Source: Candidatus Bathyarchaeia archaeon (GTDB lineage: Archaea; Thermoproteota; Bathyarchaeia; Bathyarchaeales; Bathycorpusculaceae). Taken from it: a stretch of DNA of 64,000 bases. Below, piece after piece: positions 19,667 to 28,090 of the stretch (positions within the stretch are counted from its first letter, which is position 1; each line of letters begins with the position of its first letter). The notes beneath the pieces are model-generated. The model searched no databases and was not told the origin of the DNA. It saw nothing but the letters and a program-made list of their open reading frames with translations. Made by a program: the position numbers and the translations under genes. Where the stretch lies: positions 1 to 64,000 of the forward strand of contig JBEKTQ010000010.1 in assembly GCA_049515895.1 (NCBI GenBank). Reading direction: 5' to 3'.

Positions 19667-20612
19667 TCGCCATAATCTCGGGGCTCAGTCCTGTCATTTC
19701 GACAAGAGCATCCTCTAAACTGGGATTGAGAGTGTTGATTGATATGATCTTTAGGTTGTTTTTGCTGGCAAAATCGCTCAGGAGAGGAACTTCTTCGGAA
19801 GTGCTTCTCACGTGTAGCCTGAACTTGTCGCCAAACTGCACCACTTTTTCCAAACCTTTTAAAGTACTTAGTTTTTGTTCTAGGTTTCTGGTTTGATCAA
19901 AGGATACTTCGATGATTTGGTGCTTTTCTACCGATGCCTTGAGTTTCTCTGGGCTGTCTAATGCGACTATTTTGCCTTTGTTGATCATAGCTATGCGTTG
20001 GCACAGTTGATCGGCTTCCTCTATGTAGTGCGTGGTGAGGAAAATTGTTACGCCAGTTCTATTGAGGTCTTTAATTAAGTTTCGAATCATGCGGGAACTT
20101 TGAACGTCTAAGCCAGAAGTGGGCTCATCTAGGAATAGTAACATGGGTTTGTAAATCAGGCCTGCTGCTATGGTTAATCTTCTTTTCATGCCCTGGGAAA
20201 ATACGCCTGCTCGGTCTTTTCGGCGTTCATAGAGCCCAAAGAGTTCCAGAAGTTCTTTCGCCTTTTTTTCTCGTTCAACCTTTGGCACTCTGTAGAGTTG
20301 GGCCGCGAAGATGAGGTTGTCCCAGGCACTCATTTCGTCGTAGACGTTTGAGTTTTCAGGCACAACACCTATAGATTCTTTTGCTTCAATAGGCTCTCGC
20401 ACCATGTTTTTGCCTGCAACTGTTAGCGTTCCAGAAGTTGGTCTTGTTTGACCAGTCAACATTTTGGTGGTTGTTGTTTTGCCAGCGCCATTTGGACCTA
20501 AGAAGCCGAAGATTTCGCCTTTCTTGACTTCAAAGTTTATGTTGTCCACTGCAAGAATATTGTCATAGCGCTTTGTTAGATTTACGACTTCTATGTCGTT
20601 TCCGGAAGGCAT
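19626..20612 (-). CDS. ABC exporter ATP-binding subunit (DrrA-like)
   Basis: GPNGAGKTT, FSQGMKRR, LDEPTSGLD, TTHYIEEA. Confidence 0.92.
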   Translation of the reverse strand: MPSGNDIEVVNLTKRYDNILAVDNINFEVKKGEIFGFLGPNGAGKTTTTKMLTGQTRPTSGTLTVAGKNMVREPIEAKESIGVVPENSNVYDEMSAWDNLIFAAQLYRVPKVEREKKAKELLELFGLYERRKDRAGVFSQGMKRRLTIAAGLIYKPMLLFLDEPTSGLDVQSSRMIRNLIKDLNRTGVTIFLTTHYIEEADQLCQRIAMINKGKIVALDSPEKLKASVEKHQIIEVSFDQTRNLEQKLSTLKGLEKVVQFGDKFRLHVRSTSEEVPLLSDFASKNNLKIISINTLNPSLEDALVEMTGLSPEIMANEKEQGKKVANVG

Positions 20613-20635
20613 AATCTAGGCTTCACGTCCTGACG

Positions 20636-20842
20636 TCATTTTTGGCTTTGCATTTCCTTGATTTTCTCTTCGATGGCTTTTAATTCATTCTTGAGTTCTT
20701 CTGAATAGCTCTTCAGTTTCTCAACCTTTTCAGCCTTTGTGAAGAAGCGTCTTCTGTACCCGTGTCCGTCCCCATGCATGCCGCATCCACAGTAGTCTTC
20801 AAGTCTTCGATGATGCATCCCACAACCACATTCTTCATCCAT
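20636..20842 (-). CDS. Small Cys/His-rich coiled-coil protein (DUF5320-like)
   Basis: Two CGCGMH repeats, RRFFTK and a coiled coil. Confidence 0.7.
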   Translation of the reverse strand: MDEECGCGMHHRRLEDYCGCGMHGDGHGYRRRFFTKAEKVEKLKSYSEELKNELKAIEEKIKEMQSQK

Positions 20843-20862
20843 TCATTGTCACCTCTTCTTCT

Positions 20863-20880
20863 TTTACTATAAGAAGTAAA
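20863..20880. promoter_or_regulatory. Inverted repeat, candidate HxlR-family operator
   Basis: TTTACT-ataaga-AGTAAA between divergent genes. Confidence 0.5.
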
Positions 20881-20912
20881 GTATTTATACTATCAAGTTT
20901 ATAGTGAGATAG

Positions 20913-21356
20913 TTGCTGTGTGCAATGAAAGTGGCGGACATGCAAGAAAAGAGCGACGTAGTTTGTTTTTGTCCACTTGAAGGCGTGATAGACATCATAA
21001 GCAAGAAGTGGGCGCTTCTAATTGTGAATGCTATTGGATACAGAGGAAAACTCCGATTTAACGATCTAATGAAAGAGTTGAACGGGATCAGCCCAAAGAC
21101 CCTTTCTGACACACTCAAGAAGCTACAGGACGAGGCACTGATTAAAAGAGAAGCATTCGCCGAGATCCCTCCAAGAGTCGAGTATTCTTTGACCCATGAA
21201 GGAATCGAACTTAGACAGGCGGTTATGCCTATCTTGAAATGGGCTGCGACAAGAGAACACGGTACCAAAAAGTGTGCCTCATCACTTCAATGCATGCCCG
21301 CACATAGAGTGAAACAACAGAATGGCCAAAATGTCACACTTTTTCCCCCACGCTAA
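20913..21356 (+). CDS. HxlR-family winged-helix regulator
   Basis: CFCPL...KKW, RFNDL, ISPKTLS, EIPPRVEYSLT. Confidence 0.9.
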   Translation: MLCAMKVADMQEKSDVVCFCPLEGVIDIISKKWALLIVNAIGYRGKLRFNDLMKELNGISPKTLSDTLKKLQDEALIKREAFAEIPPRVEYSLTHEGIELRQAVMPILKWAATREHGTKKCASSLQCMPAHRVKQQNGQNVTLFPPR

Positions 21357-21418
21357 TACACGGTTAATGCCGCCGGGTTGCATACCCAAACAGGTTCAAA
21401 TCCAAGTCAATTGACCCA

Positions 21419-21865
21419 CTATTTCAGAAAAAAGTCGACCCCTTTTTGCAATTGCGGGCGCGCTGGGATTCGAACCTGAATTATGGTGCGGTTAAGGTGC
21501 GGTCGCCGGGATTTGAACCCGGGATCATTAGCTTGGAAGGCTAATGTCCTAAACCAGACTAGACGACGACCGCATTCAATTTTGTGTGTATTTCCATTAT
21601 CTAGGCTTAATTTAAGGTTATTGCAGTCTCCTTGGCTGGCATTTTGAACACTTAGCAGACTATTCTGACCAGCAGTGGTGTTCAATTGGTCATCTGTAGA
21701 ATCTTTATTGCTTAGCTGATTTTGAACCCACTCTTTATTTTGTTGATGATAAGAAAACTTGCCCTTGCCACTTTCTCCTTTCCCAATATAATGTCTAATT
21801 CTGTAATAGTTGCCTAATTGTTGGAGATAGCCTTCTTGTTTACAAACTTCACATATTATTCTCAT
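21419..21865 (-). CDS. CxxC small protein whose frame reads through tRNA-Gly
   Basis: MRIICEVCKQEGYLQQLGNYYRIRHY...FSYHQQ; the C-terminal part is translated tRNA sequence. Confidence 0.55.
   Translation of the reverse strand: MRIICEVCKQEGYLQQLGNYYRIRHYIGKGESGKGKFSYHQQNKEWVQNQLSNKDSTDDQLNTTAGQNSLLSVQNASQGDCNNLKLSLDNGNTHKIECGRRLVWFRTLAFQANDPGFKSRRPHLNRTIIQVRIPARPQLQKGVDFFLK
21453..21478 (-). mobile_element. Degenerate tRNA 3'-end copy downstream of tRNA-Gly
   Basis: Minus strand CAGGTTCGAATCCCAGCGCGCCCGCA; also CCGCACCA at 21484-21491. Confidence 0.55.
21498..21573 (-). tRNA. tRNA-Gly(TCC)
   Basis: 76-nt cloverleaf GCGGTCG...TTAGC-CTTCCAA-GCTAA...CCGGG-TTCAAAT-CCCGG-CGACCGC-A, with no intron. 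Confidence 0.97.
21609..21619 (-). promoter_or_regulatory. TATA-like element for tRNA-Gly
   Basis: AACCTTAAATT about 36 nt upstream of the mature tRNA; an identical copy lies at 21910-21920. Confidence 0.55.
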
Positions 21866-21948
21866 TTTACCACATTCTTGGTTTTTGGACCCCAGAGTGG
21901 TCAATTCAGAATTTAAGGTTCCCATAAGAATTAATTTTGGGGCGTTAG

Positions 21949-22647
21949 TTACGGCACAGCAAAGTTGAAAGAAATGAAGCTGCCCTGTCTGTAGGTAGAA
22001 AGCCAGAAAGTATAGTTTCCAGAAGGCAAAGTAGTGTTAAAGTTAAAAATCAAAGTTCGTTCATCTCCAGGCGGTAACCTGTAAAGAAAATTCATTGTCA
22101 TATAATGTCCCCCTGCACCATCTATCTCAGTAGACTCAACCCAGTTGCTGTTAATTTGTGCTACAATGGTTTGATTGTAAGCTTTAATGAATGCTGTATC
22201 AAAATCAATTTCATAATAGTAGAAGGATTTGGCATCAACTGAACAGGTAAGTGGATGAATGCTATCTAATCTAAAGTTGGTTATTGTGAGTTTTTCCGTT
22301 TGTTGCGAGTTGAATGTTAAAGATGATGAAAAGAGGGTGCCAAAAATGAACAATGGAACTAGAACAACAGTGAGTATAGCAAAAACTACCCTGTGTTTCT
22401 TGCGAGATTGCATGATGATACCCAGCATCCCCACTACGAGAAGGGCTGTTCCAGCTATCAGAGTGAAAAAGAAGAAAGAATTAAGGTTTGACCAATCAAG
22501 ATGCATGTCACCTAGTAATTTCTGTACTGTCAGAAGTTCAGACGACCATGTTTGCTCCCAATAAAAGACCATGAAGAAGATGGCTAAAAGAATAAACCCC
22601 AAAATTGCAAAGAACCCAAAGAGCAATTTGGAATACTTTATCACCAA
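21949..22647 (-). CDS. Membrane protein with a C-terminal beta domain
   Basis: Three TM helices followed by a soluble beta-rich region. Confidence 0.65.
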   Translation of the reverse strand: MVIKYSKLLFGFFAILGFILLAIFFMVFYWEQTWSSELLTVQKLLGDMHLDWSNLNSFFFFTLIAGTALLVVGMLGIIMQSRKKHRVVFAILTVVLVPLFIFGTLFSSSLTFNSQQTEKLTITNFRLDSIHPLTCSVDAKSFYYYEIDFDTAFIKAYNQTIVAQINSNWVESTEIDGAGGHYMTMNFLYRLPPGDERTLIFNFNTTLPSGNYTFWLSTYRQGSFISFNFAVP

Positions 22648-23101
22648 TTATCCCTTTAGTTCAAGGCTGTCATTAAACAGTTGATATAAAACTTCTGAAT
22701 CAATCGTAAGTTAGTTGTAGACGAAACTTGGAACCAATATCAGAGAATATGCTCTAAATATGCTTAATCTTCTGTTATGACTCAAATATGCGATAAATAT
22801 TATCGCTGTCCTACTCAAACCAAGAAATAAATGTTTTAAAAACAGAGAGAAACGCCCAGAAGTATAGTGCTTGTTTACAGCTGACTGGAAGGGCACCGTT
22901 ACTTGATGAGACGCCCTTTTGCAATTTTCTCGTCAAAAGCCTTACGCTTTTCCCCTTGGAAACCTTGAAAGCATATGGAATAGTATATCTTTGTGCGCTG
23001 ACGGTTAGTATGTTGGATCGGTCGTAACCATGGGTTTGGGGAAGGGAACAAGTAAAGTTCCAAGTAGCCGAATTAAGTGTCTGACTAAAGATGCAAAGCA
23101 A

Positions 23102-23311
23102 ATGGTTAATGGGCCTTACTATTGCCCGAAATGCCGGAAGGAACTATTGCAGATTCTGGCGGACTTGAAAAACAAGAAGGTGTATGCCAGCTGCAAATGC
23201 GGGTTGGAGTGGCCGCTGATTTACGCGCCTGTTTTTCAGCCGATAGATTACTACAACAAGTTCAGGGATGCTTGGAAAAAGCAGAGCTACGGTATAATCA
23301 AACAAAAATAG
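23102..23311 (+). CDS. Elf1-like zinc-ribbon protein
   Basis: CPKC...CKCG...QPIDYYNKFRD. Confidence 0.6.
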   Translation: MVNGPYYCPKCRKELLQILADLKNKKVYASCKCGLEWPLIYAPVFQPIDYYNKFRDAWKKQSYGIIKQK

Positions 23312-23389
23312 CGTGTCGTTGCATCGATTAAACTGCAGAAGTCTGTGTGGGAGGCAGCGATGCCGAAAAACAGTTAACTAATAAGTGAG

Positions 23390-23872
23390 ATGCTCCGTAA
23401 AATTATTGGGAAATCGGTATTGAGCGAAGAAAAAGTTGAATTCACCCGCAAGCTTCTCATTCTGGGTAACCTTGCGCTTCTTGCATGGGTTTTCCTAGCG
23501 TTCTTTAGCGTGCTCTTTTACACTATAATCTACAGTTGGCTCTACATAATATTGGACGCCGTGGTGATCTATGCCATTCAGCGTAGGCTCGGGTGCAGTA
23601 GCTGCTACAGATGCAAAACTTGTACGAGTGGCTTCGGAAGGTTGGCAGGGGCATTCTTCGGGAAAGGATTCATTAAGAAAGAAAGCGTCGGAAATCGAAT
23701 TGGGCTAGTAGGATTCGTTTATTTCCTGTTGCTTCCGCTTCCCGCGGCCCTTTTGCTCTGGTCAATGCTGCAGGCCTTTACTGTTCTGAAAGTTTTGGTC
23801 CTCGTTTGCGTGTTGGCAGTAGGTGCCTATAGCTTGACGACTTGGTATACGCGTTCAACAGTTCCCAGCTGA
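23390..23872 (+). CDS. Four-TM membrane protein with a Cys cluster
   Basis: CSSCYRCKTC between two pairs of TM helices. Confidence 0.7.
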   Translation: MLRKIIGKSVLSEEKVEFTRKLLILGNLALLAWVFLAFFSVLFYTIIYSWLYIILDAVVIYAIQRRLGCSSCYRCKTCTSGFGRLAGAFFGKGFIKKESVGNRIGLVGFVYFLLLPLPAALLLWSMLQAFTVLKVLVLVCVLAVGAYSLTTWYTRSTVPS

Positions 23873-23935
23873 AGGGCATTTGGGAATAGTTTTAAAAACA
23901 GATGGTAGGTTCATGTAACGGCTGTTGATAAATGA

Positions 23936-25078
23936 ATGAGTAGATCCCCGCTTCGTCGCAAACCGATGAGTCTCTTGATTATCTTTGCCTTCGCGTTTCT
24001 TGCCCTTTCCCCAGTCCTTCGGCCCTTCGCAATGGTTAGCGCTCAAACTCAAAGCGAATATTACAGCAGAGATTTCAGTTGGAACTACGGCGGCGAAACT
24101 TGGACTTGGAACCTAACAATCCCTATGGCTTTATGTCAAGCGTATGTTGCGGTTCCTGACTCGGTACGGTCCCATATTCAACTTTCAGGCTTCGGGTACT
24201 TTACAACCACGGAAGATCCTTATTTGCAAAGCTTGGCGGTGAAGATAAACGACACTGCAGCGCAGCAAGGGTATAGTTCAATTCAGGAAGCGAATTTTGC
24301 CTTGGCTTTTGTACAAAGCATACCTTACGCGACTGACTTGAATAGTACCGGTTACGCAGATTATCCGAGGTTCCCTGTTGAAACATTATACGATAATGTT
24401 GGTGACTGCAAGACTCACTCTATTCTTTTTGCGACATTGACGCTTTTGCTGGGATTCGATGCGGTGTTCATTAATCCCCCAGACCATTTAGCGGTGGGGG
24501 TGCTGGGAAATAACCTTGGAGGCACCTACTGGACGTACAATGACCAGAACTACTATTACTGTGAAACAACCGGCGAAGGATTCACAGTCGGGCAATTACC
24601 AACACAATTTAACGGAGTAGGAGCCTACGTCTACCCAATAGACACAACTCAACAGTACGTCGTAAATTACCAGTCTTTATCACTCACTGCGCCTAACCCG
24701 TCCTATGCGCCATACACCCCTAACACTCCAGAAACAACACCTGCCGTGGCACCAAACGAAACAATGCAGCCATTACCTTCCGTCGCTGGACCAACAATCC
24801 AACCGGTTGAACCCATATCTCTAAACTTGATTTCAGACAACCCCATACTATTCGTATTCATAATAGTCGCAATCGCTATCTCCATAGCCGCGGTTATTAA
24901 ACCTCTAAAACTCGGGTCCAAAATGGTTCCTCAACAAACTATTTCTCCTCAAACAAGCAGCCCGAAGCCGGAACAAGCAAATCTAAACTTGAACAAATTT
25001 TGCGTTTACTGCGGATCAAGCAACAAATCGTTCGCCGTGTACTGCGAGAATTGCGGTAAAAAAATAGCTGAAGCTTAG
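23936..25078 (+). CDS. Transglutaminase-like surface protein with TM helix and zinc ribbon
   Basis: RFPVETL, GDC, HLAVGV, YYYCETT, a P/T linker, a TM helix and CVYCG...CENCG. Confidence 0.75.
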   Translation: MSRSPLRRKPMSLLIIFAFAFLALSPVLRPFAMVSAQTQSEYYSRDFSWNYGGETWTWNLTIPMALCQAYVAVPDSVRSHIQLSGFGYFTTTEDPYLQSLAVKINDTAAQQGYSSIQEANFALAFVQSIPYATDLNSTGYADYPRFPVETLYDNVGDCKTHSILFATLTLLLGFDAVFINPPDHLAVGVLGNNLGGTYWTYNDQNYYYCETTGEGFTVGQLPTQFNGVGAYVYPIDTTQQYVVNYQSLSLTAPNPSYAPYTPNTPETTPAVAPNETMQPLPSVAGPTIQPVEPISLNLISDNPILFVFIIVAIAISIAAVIKPLKLGSKMVPQQTISPQTSSPKPEQANLNLNKFCVYCGSSNKSFAVYCENCGKKIAEA

Positions 25079-25086
25079 GCGCGTTT

Positions 25087-25647
25087 TTACTGTTTTTGCA
25101 AGTTGTTAGTTTTCTCATTCTTTGAGAGCACATCAAAAATTTCCTGCACGAATCGGTCGATTCCTTTGTAAGCGTATATGGCTACTGCGATTTCCAAAAC
25201 TATGATGAGTGAAAGGAAGACTGTAAGTGCTTTGGTTAGGTTAACGAAAGTTTGAGCTACTGAGACATCTACGTGACCGTTAACGGAGGCTAACCAACTC
25301 CAAAAAGAAGCTCTACCCGTATTCATGAACGTGGTTAAGTCAAGAGCCATCCACAAACACAGCGCGACTAAAACAGCAGCTAAGGCGCAGCCGATAATGG
25401 TTAGGTTTTTCCAATCTGGGCTCAAGCGGGAGGAGGAGGCCACTTGCGTTCCAGAATTTACAGGGACAAAAGTTACGTCCACGGTTTTTTTGGCTGTGGT
25501 GGGTGACATTCCCCAAAGCGACCCTTGCTTAACGACGAGGTGTGTGGAGGGGTTTTCCGAAACTATTTTGGCGCCTTTCTGAACGAGGGCGTCTTTCATG
25601 TCTGCAAATGCCTTATCGTTTTCCAAGTTGAAGATCCGTTTAAGCAA
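25087..25647 (-). CDS. Membrane protein
   Basis: Soluble N-terminal domain plus two TM helices. Confidence 0.7.
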   Translation of the reverse strand: MLKRIFNLENDKAFADMKDALVQKGAKIVSENPSTHLVVKQGSLWGMSPTTAKKTVDVTFVPVNSGTQVASSSRLSPDWKNLTIIGCALAAVLVALCLWMALDLTTFMNTGRASFWSWLASVNGHVDVSVAQTFVNLTKALTVFLSLIIVLEIAVAIYAYKGIDRFVQEIFDVLSKNEKTNNLQKQ

Positions 25648-25704
25648 TCAAAGCACCATTAGGGTTGGGAATTAGTTGCTTCTTTGAAACCTAAAAAGCT
25701 TGTT

Positions 25705-26334
25705 CTAATGTCGGGGTCGAGCCTTAAAACCCCTGATCTGCCTGCGTGCCGCAGCTCGTTGCCGCTCCAAATTTTTAATTCTAGCGTAGAGCTTTGATAC
25801 TTTGGTTTTAGAAGGCACTCTAGACTTTGGGAGATGAACGGGCACAGGGGTAAATGGTTTATTTATCTCAAGTTTCCGCTGCTTGGATTTCTTGAATTGA
25901 ATGTTGAGCACTTTCTTGAATACAGCGTATCCTTCTTTCAGGTTTACTTCCTGAACCTCCCACCCAGCGTCTAACCAAGCCTTAGCATGTGCGCTAGATG
26001 ACCAGTTGCTCCACCATGTTGCATCCCTATAGGCGCTCATTGGAAGGTTGCTACCGATTAAGCCATCTATTCTTGCAAAGGACAGCTTCACCAAGCCCGT
26101 GAAAGCGGCTCTAAACTTCAAGTGGCGCTCAAGCCCCTCGTACTTAGAGACGGAACGCGGCGAAACAATACGCCTTGCACAATGCAGGCAAAGCATCGCG
26201 GTTGGGTCGCCTGTGGAAACGTCAGGAACCATGCAGTCGCGGCAGTACAGTTTCTGACAGCGCTGACACTTACGCATGTAAACTACTCTCAGAACTCTGC
26301 CGCAGATTCCGCATTCATCCTTCAAGCGAATCAA
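25705..26334 (-). CDS. Zn-finger protein with a conserved SKY..L/WWSN/AW..AGW domain
   Basis: Four CxxC pairs, then SKYEGL...LSFARID...WWSN...AWLDAGW and a basic tail. Confidence 0.7.
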   Translation of the reverse strand: MIRLKDECGICGRVLRVVYMRKCQRCQKLYCRDCMVPDVSTGDPTAMLCLHCARRIVSPRSVSKYEGLERHLKFRAAFTGLVKLSFARIDGLIGSNLPMSAYRDATWWSNWSSSAHAKAWLDAGWEVQEVNLKEGYAVFKKVLNIQFKKSKQRKLEINKPFTPVPVHLPKSRVPSKTKVSKLYARIKNLERQRAAARRQIRGFKARPRH

Positions 26335-26388
26335 CCCATCATTAAGCGAAAGAAAAGTCGCTTAAAGAATACTTGTTTTTTAGCCATA

Positions 26389-27960
26389 TTAATTTTCAGA
26401 TGCTTCTGCACTATTTCTGCTTGGAGGAACCTGTCCTTTGTTTCTTTTAGCCAACTGCCCCAAGTTACGTATAGTGCCTCTAATCTCTTCCCATACTTGC
26501 CTGATGAGTTGTCTCGCTTGCTTGTCGATAGCTAACAAAAAGACTACGTATAGGCCAAAGCCTGCCGCCGCTTTGGCTATTGTTGAAAGCAGCGTTGTCG
26601 TGGTTGGAAGCAGAAACAGAATGACAGCCATCAAAGCGGAAGCTAAAACATATTTGCCCATGCTTACCCAAGCCACGGGTATGCCGATTGAACGACGCAT
26701 AAACGAATATAATATCGTGAAGGTTGAAACTTGAGCCACGATGAGTATAGCTACAACGTACAATGTAGCCTGCACTGAACCGGCAACTGGAAGATTCGTC
26801 AAAGCGAGGTACGTAAGTATAATCGCAATTGTTGCCTGGAGGTACGGAAGCACGAATACTACAAAGATTTTGCTTTTGATAAGGCCGAGAAGCGAGATTT
26901 TGCCTTCAGCATCGAAGGCTTCTACGCCCATAACGCAGTTTGAGTAAAATGAAGTGACCAAACCGAATAAGGTGTAGATTGATAACCCAATGAGAACAGG
27001 CCAAGCGACCCCGTAAGCGATGTTTAGAACAGTCAGAAACGAATATGACATGGCCATCGTTATTGCGGCCAAAGGAATACCCAGCATCATCACTGTCCTG
27101 AAAGATGTGCCAACTTGCTCTTTTGAACAGCTTTGAGCCAACAATCTAGGATACAACGCAATAGACAAGGAAATTGAATAACTTATTATTACAGTGAAGC
27201 TGGAGGCAGCTTGATAATAAGCTCTGGTGTCAGGTCCGCCGTAAAAGAAAAGCAAGATAAAGACGAAAGATGAAAGCTGATTACCACCAGCGTTTATGGC
27301 AATAACTGTTGAACCCTTGAACCATTCTTTGACGTAGCTCCAGTTTATTTTTTCTTTGAAATCATCAACTAAAAGCCAAACGTAATAGCCTACTTGAGCA
27401 AAACAAGAGAGAACTAACGCAAGTATCGCGCCTAGGAACAACTGCCGGAAGCCTAAAATCAAAATCAAAGCCACACCGACCTTCACTATTTCCTCAATCA
27501 GCAAGCCGTACCCCAGTGTCTGAGGTTTCTTAGGTTGCAAAATTGCTTCAAAAACGGTAATCATGTAAAAAGTCCCGATGTAGAGACCCGCGATCAAAAA
27601 AATCGGCAAGTACACCATTGTTCCGATCTTTGGCGCAATCACAAATGTGTAAAATAAATAAATAAATGGAAAATAGGCTGCCATAAAAATCAAAGATGAA
27701 ACCAGTTGCGCCACGGTGCTTGTTTTAATTGTTCCCGGTCTGCCTCTTGCCACGAATCTGGTTGCCCAAAAAGGGAACACTCCACTGAAAAGAGTGAAGT
27801 AAGCGATATAATCGAAGATGTTGGTCCAAACGCCGTACTGATCTGTATTCATGTTTCGCGTAAGCAAGAGAGTGAAAATCAACCCAGTAACTACGCTGAA
27901 AATTTGAACCGCGAATATTACGTATCCGCTGTAATGAAACCTAATGTCTTTAGTGCTCAA
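26389..27960 (-). CDS. MOP-superfamily polysaccharide flippase
   Basis: About 14 TM helices, LLTRNM..DQYGVW, YYQAASSF...LYPRL. Confidence 0.75.
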   Translation of the reverse strand: MSTKDIRFHYSGYVIFAVQIFSVVTGLIFTLLLTRNMNTDQYGVWTNIFDYIAYFTLFSGVFPFWATRFVARGRPGTIKTSTVAQLVSSLIFMAAYFPFIYLFYTFVIAPKIGTMVYLPIFLIAGLYIGTFYMITVFEAILQPKKPQTLGYGLLIEEIVKVGVALILILGFRQLFLGAILALVLSCFAQVGYYVWLLVDDFKEKINWSYVKEWFKGSTVIAINAGGNQLSSFVFILLFFYGGPDTRAYYQAASSFTVIISYSISLSIALYPRLLAQSCSKEQVGTSFRTVMMLGIPLAAITMAMSYSFLTVLNIAYGVAWPVLIGLSIYTLFGLVTSFYSNCVMGVEAFDAEGKISLLGLIKSKIFVVFVLPYLQATIAIILTYLALTNLPVAGSVQATLYVVAILIVAQVSTFTILYSFMRRSIGIPVAWVSMGKYVLASALMAVILFLLPTTTTLLSTIAKAAAGFGLYVVFLLAIDKQARQLIRQVWEEIRGTIRNLGQLAKRNKGQVPPSRNSAEASEN

Positions 27961-28090
27961 AGGCTGCTATCCTGCTTGCCGAATTAAATTTATACTGAAT
28001 TATTAAAACATCTAGATATATAATTCCCCAAAACACTTCCAAAAAAGACCTTGGAAAAGCGAAAATGAAAAAAATTGGCGGGGTTTAAGC

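Noticed and set aside
22880-22960. Hammerhead or C/D-like motif around TTGATGAG
   Set aside because: No convincing stems or partner boxes.
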